Under the pieces are notes generated by a model. The model saw only the letters and a program-made list of their open reading frames with translations, did not search any database and had not been told where the DNA came from. From the IMG/VR virus record IMGVR_UViG_3300007516_000010, positions 417 through 64,416 of that record: a stretch of 64,000 nt of DNA; one strand, written 5' to 3'. This document shows positions 47,406 through 56,268 of this stretch, piece by piece. Source of the DNA: a virus. Position 1 is the first letter of the stretch. Each line of letters opens with the position of its first letter. The position numbers and the translations under genes were made by a program.

Positions 47406-48382
47406 CCATCTTCGGCGACGGCGGGAAGATAGCAAAGCTGGCCGCCGAATTACCGGCGGTCAGCCAAGTTACGTGGCCAGATCCTTACGAGATCACTGAG
47501 CTACGGGAGTTGGCCAAGCAGGGCAACGCCGTCGCTCTTGCGATCTACGGACTGCACGATCGTTTCCAGGGAAACGACCCTAAGACATTCTTTCACGCTA
47601 TTAAAGTGGCCGGGGAGGTCAGCGAACAACTACAGAAACTAGCGGATTCCCTGATACCGCCCGCTCGCGACGTGATGACCAACTTCAAGTCGCCGTTCGA
47701 TCGCGACCCGAAGCGGTACAGTTCGATACTGGATCAGGCCGGTACGGTTGCCCAGTGGTGGCCAGGGACGATCGGCGGCGTCCCTAACTTGCCAGGTCCG
47801 CTTTCGAGCCTGGCGGTGATGGGTACACTCGGCGCTGGTGCCGGGAACCTGACGGGTAGGTTGCTTGCCAATCACCCAGCATTTGATCCAGAGACGGTAA
47901 CTAGCCGGGCGACGATGATCGGCGGCCTGCTGGGGTTACTTCCTGGGGCGGCGTCCATGGGAATGAACGCTTTGGCTGGCAAGTCGTTGCTGGGTGACAA
48001 CGTATTGGGGATGCAGAAGCGTTCTCTGTTAGATCCGACGCTGTTCTCACGCCCTAACTTGATTCCGGTTGAGCAGCTGCAGCAGATGGTTTGGGAAGAC
48101 CCCGACGTCGCTGGCCGTCTGCCCATTCACATTGCGGCGGCAACGTCGGCTCTTGTCGAAGGGGCTAGTCGGCAGAGCCGCAGCGAAACTCCGTTTATCA
48201 CCCCTGGCGATATTGCGAGAATGGCTGTGGGCATGGGTTCCGGCTACACTAGCGGCTTATTGGTCGGTAAGGCCCTGGGCGGGCTGTTCGGAGTTTCCGA
48301 CGCAGCTCAGCAGGTACTGCGTCGCTCCGGAGCGGCAGCCGGTCTTTTACAGACATTTGTACCGTTAGCTTTTGGTGCGTAG
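47375..48382 (+). CDS. probable virion protein (K-x-[AS] motif, Gly/Ala-rich helices)
   Basis: IAKLAA, MQKRS; GTLGAGAG, GLLVGKALGGLFG. Confidence 0.65.
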   Translation: MQDESVDEFVAIFGDGGKIAKLAAELPAVSQVTWPDPYEITELRELAKQGNAVALAIYGLHDRFQGNDPKTFFHAIKVAGEVSEQLQKLADSLIPPARDVMTNFKSPFDRDPKRYSSILDQAGTVAQWWPGTIGGVPNLPGPLSSLAVMGTLGAGAGNLTGRLLANHPAFDPETVTSRATMIGGLLGLLPGAASMGMNALAGKSLLGDNVLGMQKRSLLDPTLFSRPNLIPVEQLQQMVWEDPDVAGRLPIHIAAATSALVEGASRQSRSETPFITPGDIARMAVGMGSGYTSGLLVGKALGGLFGVSDAAQQVLRRSGAAAGLLQTFVPLAFGA

Positions 48383-48772
48383 ATGACATTCTTAAAGGGT
48401 TCCACCGGTCTTTGGCTTCCCGGCTCGGCGGACAGTAACTGTACGGAAGCCAGAGGGGTGAGTTTCTACGCGGAGAACGGCATGGTGTGCATGCGTAAGG
48501 AGCTGCCAGACGGTAAAGAGGAGTTTAAGCAGTTGGCCCCCAGCGAGGCCAGGATACGCATGCAGGCGCTCGTAGAGGTTGCCAAGCGATCAAGCGACGT
48601 CCACGGGCCGAACCATTCCCAGTCTAAGTTTTACGAAAACTTTATCGACGGGTATAAACGAGCCATCGTTGCGGCAGAAGAGCAGGGTCCGTATGAGGAT
48701 CCCAGCAGTCGTCGAGACCGCGTCAACCGCCGTCCGAAGTCGTTCGCGATGCCCTCTAAAAGCCTGGAATGA
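48383..48772 (+). CDS. hypothetical protein
   Basis: 129 aa, starts immediately after the previous stop. Confidence 0.65.
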   Translation: MTFLKGSTGLWLPGSADSNCTEARGVSFYAENGMVCMRKELPDGKEEFKQLAPSEARIRMQALVEVAKRSSDVHGPNHSQSKFYENFIDGYKRAIVAAEEQGPYEDPSSRRDRVNRRPKSFAMPSKSLE

Positions 48773-49317
48773 TCATGTCCACTGCCGAACAACGCGCTAA
48801 GCTCGCCGCCGATATGCTGGGAACCCTAGTTGATGCGGGGTTGAGTAGGCAGGAAATGATTAGCATGCTGTCGTTCTCCGCTGACGTCCTGGAGAAGCAG
48901 GCATCGCAAGGAAAGACGCTTGACACCATGGAGTTGGACAAACAGTCAGGTTTGTTTGGTGCATTGGCCGGAGCGTTGCCGATAGATGCGATCAAGGATA
49001 TCGCTCTTCGCGGGGCGGACAAGGTGTTTGGGCTTGGCGAGCGTGTAGTAGGCAGTGCGTTGGATACGACCATGAAGTATTCGCCACTGATTGCGGGAGC
49101 TGCGTTGGCGACTCCGGTGATCGCAGGTTACGCCGCAGGTCATGGGATAGGTACTGGCAGCGACAACGGCGATGAGATGGTTCGATCGATTCACCAGCGA
49201 GAATTGGTTTCGATGCTGCGGGAGAACGCGAGGCTAGCTGAGCAGACTCGCTTGGTTGAGGAGCAGCGACAGAAGCAGTTGGCAGGTAAAAAGCGACCAC
49301 GCCGTTTCGCTGGCTAA
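48769..49317 (+). CDS. probable virion protein (K-x-[AS] motifs)
   Basis: RAKLAA, LEKQAS, LDKQSG; hydrophobic Gly/Ala helix. Confidence 0.65.
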   Translation: MIMSTAEQRAKLAADMLGTLVDAGLSRQEMISMLSFSADVLEKQASQGKTLDTMELDKQSGLFGALAGALPIDAIKDIALRGADKVFGLGERVVGSALDTTMKYSPLIAGAALATPVIAGYAAGHGIGTGSDNGDEMVRSIHQRELVSMLRENARLAEQTRLVEEQRQKQLAGKKRPRRFAG

Positions 49318-49323
49318 AGCGTG

Positions 49324-49351
49324 TCGCCGACAAAATCGATTTTGTCGGCGT
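49324..49351. repeat. 28-bp dispersed palindrome, copy 8 (compensatory G-C to C-G swap)
   Basis: core CGCCGACAAAATCGATTTTGTCGGCG (49325-49350) is still a perfect palindrome. Confidence 0.92.
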
Positions 49352-49410
49352 GAACCCGGAAGTGGCTAGCTGGTACATTGCTTGTGGTATCACTCCACAG
49401 GCGAGAAACA

Positions 49411-50007
49411 ATGCACGATAATCAATCCAGCGATCAAACTCTCAGCTATCAGCATTTCGATCGCGAGCATGTTCCGTTCAGCGGTCAGATGCCGCAACTG
49501 ACTGCGGCAGAGTACTCACAGATCACACGTCGTGTACGGATATCGGGCTATGGGTTGTTTGACACGTCGGACCCGTCGCAGCGATATTTTGGGAGAACGC
49601 TGGCAGATTTGCTTAATCGTGCCGCACTAGAACAATACGAGCTCACGGTCTGTCAGCCGTATCATTTTGTTGACGGGGCCGGCACTAATAAAACGCTACG
49701 CTTTTATCTTTGGGTGATGTGGTATGAAAAAGTTGATCTCGATGCCGCAGCTGCCCGTAAGTTCTCCGAAACGGGCGTCCTTGACACCGAACCTGTTGTC
49801 GAAATTGTCACAGACGCCGACGTCGACGACGGCCTCAAAAACCTCGGCGGATCCGACCACGGAAGCTTTGCTGCGAGCGGCCAATCTCGACGCGTTCAAC
49901 AAGATTATCCCCAATCTAGTTCGTTATGGGACCGCGTTCGCCACAGGCGGAGCCGCTCTCGCTGGCTTGAACCGTCTGACGAAATTGCGAACCGAGCAGG
50001 AGATTGA
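49411..50007 (+). CDS. hypothetical protein (3' end overlaps the next ORF)
   Basis: start moved to ATG 49411. Confidence 0.55.
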   Translation: MHDNQSSDQTLSYQHFDREHVPFSGQMPQLTAAEYSQITRRVRISGYGLFDTSDPSQRYFGRTLADLLNRAALEQYELTVCQPYHFVDGAGTNKTLRFYLWVMWYEKVDLDAAAARKFSETGVLDTEPVVEIVTDADVDDGLKNLGGSDHGSFAASGQSRRVQQDYPQSSSLWDRVRHRRSRSRWLEPSDEIANRAGD

Positions 50008-50617
50008 CAACGAAGAAAGCAATTCGCAGAACCAGTTGATCCGCGTGATGAAGCATGCCGAAACAGGCTGGTGGGATGCGATTAAAGGCGGTTTGCAGGC
50101 AGGCAACCCGGCTGCCACATCACCACATGAGTTTCCGATCTACGCACCGGCCGTTGGCATGACGATCGGGGCAGGGCTGATAGGCGGATACAAAGCGACC
50201 GACATGGTTCTTTCTCGATTGCGAGACAGGGCGGCCAAGAAAGAGATAGCACAGGCACGCAAGGAATACGAAGACGCTATTTTCGGTGCTGGCGGCGGTA
50301 GTGGTGTCAAGCTTGCAGGGACCGGCGGCAGCGAACTATCAAGGCAGTTAACTCGCTTTGTAGATGCGGTGACGGCGATGTTACCGCACGACAAGACAGC
50401 CTTAAGCCCTGATGACGCACAGCGGATGACTGGTTCGCTTGCGGGACTTTATCTACTGCTTGCTGGCGGCGGTTTGACTGCGGGAGCTTATCACGGCTAC
50501 AAAGCACAGCGTCGCAATAGCGACATTGCGGCGGTCTCCCGGGCAAACAAAGAGCGGCAACTGGCCGACAACCGCCCAGTAACGCTGCTGCCGACGGTTA
50601 TTTCTCCCCCCAGCTAA
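49724..50617 (+). CDS. probable virion protein (K-x-A motifs); true start uncertain
   Basis: MKHAE, VKLAG, DKTAL; Gly/Ala hydrophobic helices. Confidence 0.65.
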   Translation: MKKLISMPQLPVSSPKRASLTPNLLSKLSQTPTSTTASKTSADPTTEALLRAANLDAFNKIIPNLVRYGTAFATGGAALAGLNRLTKLRTEQEIDNEESNSQNQLIRVMKHAETGWWDAIKGGLQAGNPAATSPHEFPIYAPAVGMTIGAGLIGGYKATDMVLSRLRDRAAKKEIAQARKEYEDAIFGAGGGSGVKLAGTGGSELSRQLTRFVDAVTAMLPHDKTALSPDDAQRMTGSLAGLYLLLAGGGLTAGAYHGYKAQRRNSDIAAVSRANKERQLADNRPVTLLPTVISPPS

Positions 50618-50638
50618 ACATAAACCAAGAGTAATTCC

Positions 50639-53600
50639 ATGCTGCAGCCGCCCGTATCTCCTGGTTCGGCGGCTCAGCCAGCCGCGATTTCTCCTATCAA
50701 ACCACGCTCGCCGCTGATGCCATTGGCGGACTCTCCCGGCGAAGAAATGCCAGTGGGCGTTAAGCTGCGAGCGACAGACGATCCAGACGCTTTACGTACC
50801 GGCGTTTACGACTCGGTGCTGGCAGCGGCTAGCTCGATGCCTCCAGCAGTGAGTAACACGCACACGCTCAAGCTGACGGATCTGCATTACGCTGAGGATG
50901 ATCCTGAGTTCAACGCCACCGACGAGAAGAAGGCGATTCTTTCTGGCAGTAGTCTGAGTCGTCGGTTACGAGGCACGTGGCGGTTGTTTGACAACGGCAC
51001 AGGTGGCGAGATCGCTGAGCGTAAAGCGACTGTTGCTAACGTCCCGGCGATTCTGCGAGACGGCTCGTTTCTTCGCGGCGGAACGCGGTACACGATGGGT
51101 GTGCAGCAACGGTTGCGTCCAGGTGCGTATGCTCGCTACCGCAAAAATGGGGAGGCCGAATTGCACGTTAACGCCCGCCAGGGCACCGGGCGTAGTCACC
51201 GTTACGTGCTGGAGCCCGAGACAGGGCACTTCTCTGTGCATGTTGAAGGGGCGAAGATTCCGCTCGTGCCGCTGTTAACTTCGCTGGGCGTTACCCGTGA
51301 CCAGATGGAGAGTGCTTGGGGCAAGGAGCTGACGGACAAGAACTTCGCAAAGCAGGATCCTAAAGCGATCGGTAAATTCTATGACCGCTTTGTCCCTAAG
51401 TCGCAGCAGAACGCAGAGGACCGGTCGAATCCTGAGATGGTTCAGGCGAAGATTCGCGAAGCGTTTGAAAAGATCGAGCTGGATGACGAGGTCGTTGGTC
51501 ACACACTTGGCAGGGCCACGGGCAAGGTAGACGCTGACAATATTCTGCGGGGCACGACCAAGACGCTGCGGATGTTGCAAGGGCAAGAAGATGCCGACGA
51601 CCGAGACAACCTGGCGTTTGCCAGCTACCACGGGGCACCCGAGATATTCGCTGAACGGTTCATTAAAGATTACGGACGGTTCCGCAAGGAACTGCTTTAC
51701 AAGGCGTCACGTAAAGGCACGCTGGACAACGTCCCTTCAGGGGCTTTGGACAAGTACATCAACGCGGCAATTTTCCGTAGCGGACTTGCGCAAGGGTCCG
51801 AAGAAATAAATCCGTTCGAAATTCTCGCCGCTGGAACCAAGGTTACGCGGTTCGGCGAGGGTGGTCTTCCTGACACACTGTCGGCACCTGATGAGTCACG
51901 AGAAGTAAGCCCGAGTCAGTTCGGATTCATTGACGCGGTGGTATCACCGGAGACTCTCCGCATCGGCATTGACGGTTTCTTGGCTCGTGACACGTTCATC
52001 GGTGACGACAACCGGCTGTACAGCAAACTGCTGGACAGCAAGACCGGCAAGACGGTGCTACGGAGCCCCAATCAGTTGCTCAACAGCACCACTGCGATTG
52101 GAGCCTCACCGATCCCTGGCTGGGAGCTAGCGATGCAAAAGGGTAAGTTGCGGATGGTGAAGGAAGGCACCGCCGAATACCGCATCCCCAGCATGGAAGA
52201 CACGTTCGGTCAGTTAGCCAGTTTCACCCCGATGAAATCTGGCATGTTTGGTCAGCGAACTTCAATGGCGAGTCGTATGGCGGCACAGGCTTTGGCTATC
52301 GATAACGCCGAGGCTCCGCTGGTGCAGACGGGCGTACCGGGTGATGCGGATGAGTCGTTCGAGGAGCGACTGGGTGTACGCCTGGGTGCGATCCGCGCCG
52401 AAGAGCGAGGCCGTGTTCTGGAGGTTTCGCCTGACCACATCTTGGTGCGTTACGCCCACGGCAAAGACAAGAAGTTCAGCCTGGACAACAATCGGCCTGG
52501 AGCCCGCAAGAGCGTGTTCCATCACGACCCGATGGTTTCCGTCGGCCAGGAAGTCGAACCCAATCAGATGCTCGCTAAGAGTAACTACGTTGATGACAAA
52601 GGCACAGCGGCACTGGGCACCAACGCCCGTACGGCATTGATGGCGTGGGACGACGCGTTCGAGGACGGCATCGTAGTTTCGCAGTCGTTCGCTGACCGCG
52701 TGCGGGTACAGCAGGCGTACAAGCACCGTATTCAGCCTGGCGAAGGCGAGAAGGTAGATAAGAAGTCGTACCTGCAGGTGTTCGGCAACCGGTACACAGG
52801 CGACCAGCTCAAGGCGATCGACAACGACGGTGTGATTCGCATCGGTACCACAGTCAAGAGCGGCGATCCGTTGATCCTGGGCGTCCGCAAGCGTGACGGA
52901 GCCAAGACCCGTGTGCATCGGCAGAGCAAGATGGACTTTGGTGACTCCAGTATCCGCTGGGATCACCATAGTGAAGGCGTCGTCACCGACGTGTTCCATA
53001 GCGAGAAAGGTTCGCAGGTTGTTGTCAGGTCGTCTAAATCCCTGGAAGAGGGCGATAAGCTTTGCTACGACGAGCTGACTGAAGTGTTGACCCGCACAGG
53101 TTGGAAGCTCGTCGCGGATCTCCGGTTTGACGATGAGATTTGCTGTCGGAGCGAGGATGGCGGCATCCGCTACGACAAGCCGACCAAGCTTTATCAATAC
53201 GCGACTGGCGGACGGATGTACCGGATAGAGTCGCAACAGATCGACCTGTTCGTTACTGCGTCGCACAACATGTTTGTGCAGCGACGTAATGGTAAAGCAT
53301 TCGAGTTGTTGCCTACGACGGCTATCGCAGGCAAGCGTGTTCGATACGCCAAGTCAGGTAGCTGGGCAGGCAAGAGTCCGGAGTATTTTGAATTCCCTGC
53401 GATGCGAGTAAAGGCAGGGCAGTCTGGTCGCGGGTCACGAGACTTACCGGCGATCCGCTGGCCGTTACGCACGTACCTGATGCTGTTAGGGGTGTACCTG
53501 GCTGACGGCAACTGTTCCAAGCAAGTAAAGAAAGGGAACTGGTTCGTTGACATCACGAAGATCAAAGAGCCAAACCGCACGCAGCTACGGGAGGCATTAA

Positions 53601-56176
53601 CCGCGGCTGGCATTAAGTTCCATGAAGCCGCCGGTGGTACCAAAGTTCGTATCCAGAGCAAGCAGCTGTACCAGCACTTCCAGCAATTTGGCCGGGCATG
53701 GGAAAAGTTTATCCCTGCCGAAGTGTTCGATTACGCCAGGGAAGACCTGGAGTATCTGTTCCAGTGGCTGATGTGGGGCGACGGGCACGCCGGCGATAAG
53801 TGGCCGATCAGCTACTCATCGACGTCTAAACAGCTGGCAGATGATGTCAGTCGCTTGCTGCTCCACATCGGCAAGGCAGGCAACGTCAGCTTTAAAGATC
53901 CGGAAGACTGCGTGATCCGTGGCAAGCAGTACAAATGTCGTCGATGTTATTCCGTGGGAATCATCAACACCAAGCTGACGCCGCAGGTAAATCACTCGCA
54001 CGTCAAGAAGCAATCCGCACAGACGGAAGAGTACATCGACGGCTACGACAAGCCAGTGTTCTGCGTGGAAGTCCCGACGCACGTGCTGTATGTCCGCCGC
54101 AACGGAAAGGCCTGTTGGTCTGGTAACTCTGGGCGTCAGGGAAACAAGGGCGTGATCACGGTCAAGCCCGACGAAGAGATGCCACAGGGTGAAGACGGTA
54201 AAGCGATCGAGGTAATCTTTAGTCCGCTGTCAGTACCCAGCCGCGGTAACAGCTCGTTCCCACTGGAGATGTTGCTCGGCAAGATCGCTCGCAAACGAGG
54301 CCAGGCGTACAAGATCAAGGACTTCAAAGGCGAAGACTTGCAGCAGATGGTTCTCAATGAAGCCGACAAGTACGGCGTCAGCGACACCGAGACCTTCATC
54401 GATCCTGCGACGGGTAGAAAGATCAAGGGCGTGTTGTCAGGCGACATGTTCTTGATGGCTCTTCACCACACGGCCGAATCGAAACAGAGTTCTCGCGGGC
54501 TGGGGAAATATTCCGCAGAAGATTCCCCCGCAAAGGGCGGAGAAGAGGGTGCCCAAGCGAAGAGATTCAGTGGCCAGCAGCTTTGGGCTGGGCTATCTCA
54601 CGGAGCTTATGCCACGTCCAAGGAAGCGTCACTGCTGCGTGGAACCCGCAATGACGATTACTGGTCGGCGTTCATGGCCGGCAATCAGGTCGCTCCTCCG
54701 AAGGTTCCTGTCCAGTACAACGCGTTCATGGACAGGCTCCGCGCATCGGGCATCAATCCGGTCCGCAGGGGCACCCAGACGCAACTGATGGCGATGACGG
54801 ACAACGACGTCCGAGACATCGCTGGAGACCGCGTCGTACGCGTTAACGACACGGTAGAAGTCCACAAGGACATGAAGCCCGTGCCGGGCGGTCTGTTCGA
54901 TCCGCGACTATTCGGCGATGGGACTCGCTTCGCAGCGATCGAGTTACCCGAGCGGATGCCCAACCCTGTCTTCGAGGAGCCACTGCGGCGACTGCTGGGT
55001 TACACCGAGAAGGATTTCAGGGAAGTGCTGGGGGGTAAAAAAGAGATACCTGGTTTCGGCAGCGGTCCTGACGCGTTGTTCAAACGCCTGGAGCAGATCG
55101 ACGTTCCCAAGGAACTTTCCCGTGCTCGTAACGAGATCGCTGGCACTCGTAAGGTAGCTCGCGACGCAGCGGTCCGGCGGCTGGGGTATCTGAAGAACTT
55201 CGAGAAGACCGGTACGCATCCGACGGATCTGATGATCTCGATGGTTCCGGTGATGCCACCGCGGCTGCGTCCGATCTCCAAGCTTGGCGGCAAGGGCGGC
55301 GTCGTGATCAGCGATCCCAACTTTCTGTACCGCGAGTTGATGCAGGCCAATGATGTGGTCAGCGAGCTCAAAGGTAAGGTCGACGACATCTCCGACGAAC
55401 GGCTGGCGGTTTACGATGCTCACAAGGCACTCGTTGGTGTCACCGACTCGACCAACCGCGAGTTACAGCAGCGGAAGGTCAAAGGGATCATCAAGCGTCT
55501 TGTGGGGAGCAACCCCAAAAGCGGAGACATGCAGAGGAAGCTGCTCAGTGGCAACGTCGATACGGTCGGCCGCGGCGTGATCATGCCTGACACGTCGCTG
55601 GACATGGACAGCTTCGGTTTACCCGAGGCGATGGCGTTCAACATGTTTGAACCCTACGTCGCGAGAAACCTGTCGCTTAAGGGGATTCCCCGTATACAGG
55701 CGATGGAGCACCTTAAGGCCAGGGACAGTGTTGCCCGTAAGGCATTGCTGGAAGAGATAGGCAAACGACCGGTGTCGCTTAGCCGTGCACCGATTCTCTA
55801 CAAGTATGGCGACATCGCTTTGTTGCCGCAGTTGGTTAAGGGAGACACGATCAAGCTCAATCCGTTCGTGGTCAAGGGCCTCGGCGCCGATTACGATGGA
55901 GACGCTGTCAACCTTAACGTCATGCACGGACGCGAAGCGGTAGCTGAAGCGATGGACAGGATGTTGCCCAGCCGCATGCTGTTCGCCACCAAGGACTTTA
56001 AGAGTCCGATGTTCACACCCAGCCAAGACATGCTGCTGGGACTCAACAGGGCTTCCCAGCCAGCAAAGAAGGGAGCCAAGACCCGTTACTTCGCTTCCTT
56101 TGAAGATGCCAAATCGGCACTGAAGCGAGGTGACATCGACCTTGACACACCTGTTCGGTTTCCGAAGACACCGTGA
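50639..56176 (+). CDS. rpoBC: single-chain multisubunit-type RNA polymerase: beta fused to the N-terminal/catalytic part of beta-prime; contains an intein
   Basis: beta motifs RTSMASRMAAQA, MAWDDAFEDGIVVS, GDKL|SGRQGNKGV, SPLSVPSRG, KRFSGQQLWA; beta-prime motifs GLFDPRLFG, VPVMPPRLRP, LLSGNVDTVGRGVI, LSRAPILY, catalytic GADYDGD, SQDMLLGL. Confidence 0.92.
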   Translation: MLQPPVSPGSAAQPAAISPIKPRSPLMPLADSPGEEMPVGVKLRATDDPDALRTGVYDSVLAAASSMPPAVSNTHTLKLTDLHYAEDDPEFNATDEKKAILSGSSLSRRLRGTWRLFDNGTGGEIAERKATVANVPAILRDGSFLRGGTRYTMGVQQRLRPGAYARYRKNGEAELHVNARQGTGRSHRYVLEPETGHFSVHVEGAKIPLVPLLTSLGVTRDQMESAWGKELTDKNFAKQDPKAIGKFYDRFVPKSQQNAEDRSNPEMVQAKIREAFEKIELDDEVVGHTLGRATGKVDADNILRGTTKTLRMLQGQEDADDRDNLAFASYHGAPEIFAERFIKDYGRFRKELLYKASRKGTLDNVPSGALDKYINAAIFRSGLAQGSEEINPFEILAAGTKVTRFGEGGLPDTLSAPDESREVSPSQFGFIDAVVSPETLRIGIDGFLARDTFIGDDNRLYSKLLDSKTGKTVLRSPNQLLNSTTAIGASPIPGWELAMQKGKLRMVKEGTAEYRIPSMEDTFGQLASFTPMKSGMFGQRTSMASRMAAQALAIDNAEAPLVQTGVPGDADESFEERLGVRLGAIRAEERGRVLEVSPDHILVRYAHGKDKKFSLDNNRPGARKSVFHHDPMVSVGQEVEPNQMLAKSNYVDDKGTAALGTNARTALMAWDDAFEDGIVVSQSFADRVRVQQAYKHRIQPGEGEKVDKKSYLQVFGNRYTGDQLKAIDNDGVIRIGTTVKSGDPLILGVRKRDGAKTRVHRQSKMDFGDSSIRWDHHSEGVVTDVFHSEKGSQVVVRSSKSLEEGDKLCYDELTEVLTRTGWKLVADLRFDDEICCRSEDGGIRYDKPTKLYQYATGGRMYRIESQQIDLFVTASHNMFVQRRNGKAFELLPTTAIAGKRVRYAKSGSWAGKSPEYFEFPAMRVKAGQSGRGSRDLPAIRWPLRTYLMLLGVYLADGNCSKQVKKGNWFVDITKIKEPNRTQLREALTAAGIKFHEAAGGTKVRIQSKQLYQHFQQFGRAWEKFIPAEVFDYAREDLEYLFQWLMWGDGHAGDKWPISYSSTSKQLADDVSRLLLHIGKAGNVSFKDPEDCVIRGKQYKCRRCYSVGIINTKLTPQVNHSHVKKQSAQTEEYIDGYDKPVFCVEVPTHVLYVRRNGKACWSGNSGRQGNKGVITVKPDEEMPQGEDGKAIEVIFSPLSVPSRGNSSFPLEMLLGKIARKRGQAYKIKDFKGEDLQQMVLNEADKYGVSDTETFIDPATGRKIKGVLSGDMFLMALHHTAESKQSSRGLGKYSAEDSPAKGGEEGAQAKRFSGQQLWAGLSHGAYATSKEASLLRGTRNDDYWSAFMAGNQVAPPKVPVQYNAFMDRLRASGINPVRRGTQTQLMAMTDNDVRDIAGDRVVRVNDTVEVHKDMKPVPGGLFDPRLFGDGTRFAAIELPERMPNPVFEEPLRRLLGYTEKDFREVLGGKKEIPGFGSGPDALFKRLEQIDVPKELSRARNEIAGTRKVARDAAVRRLGYLKNFEKTGTHPTDLMISMVPVMPPRLRPISKLGGKGGVVISDPNFLYRELMQANDVVSELKGKVDDISDERLAVYDAHKALVGVTDSTNRELQQRKVKGIIKRLVGSNPKSGDMQRKLLSGNVDTVGRGVIMPDTSLDMDSFGLPEAMAFNMFEPYVARNLSLKGIPRIQAMEHLKARDSVARKALLEEIGKRPVSLSRAPILYKYGDIALLPQLVKGDTIKLNPFVVKGLGADYDGDAVNLNVMHGREAVAEAMDRMLPSRMLFATKDFKSPMFTPSQDMLLGLNRASQPAKKGAKTRYFASFEDAKSALKRGDIDLDTPVRFPKTP
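53063..54127 (+). mobile_element. 355-aa intein with LAGLIDADG homing endonuclease
   Basis: N-terminal CYDELTEVLTRTGW, block B VTASHNMFV, LLGVYLADG and LMWGDG, C-terminal VFCVEVPTHVLYVRRNGKACWSGN followed by Ser; removal restores GDKLSGRQGNKG. Confidence 0.92.
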
Positions 56177-56209
56177 GCCTAGTTTAGGCAAGCAGGTTTC
56201 GACCACCAC

Positions 56210-56242
56210 AACAGCCAGGTAATTACCTGGCTGTTTTCGTTT
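56210..56242 (+). terminator. intrinsic terminator after the RNAP gene
   Basis: AACAGCCAGGT-AATT-ACCTGGCTGTT followed by TTCGTTT. Confidence 0.8.
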
Positions 56243-56268
56243 ACACACACACACGAGAAGATCAAAAG

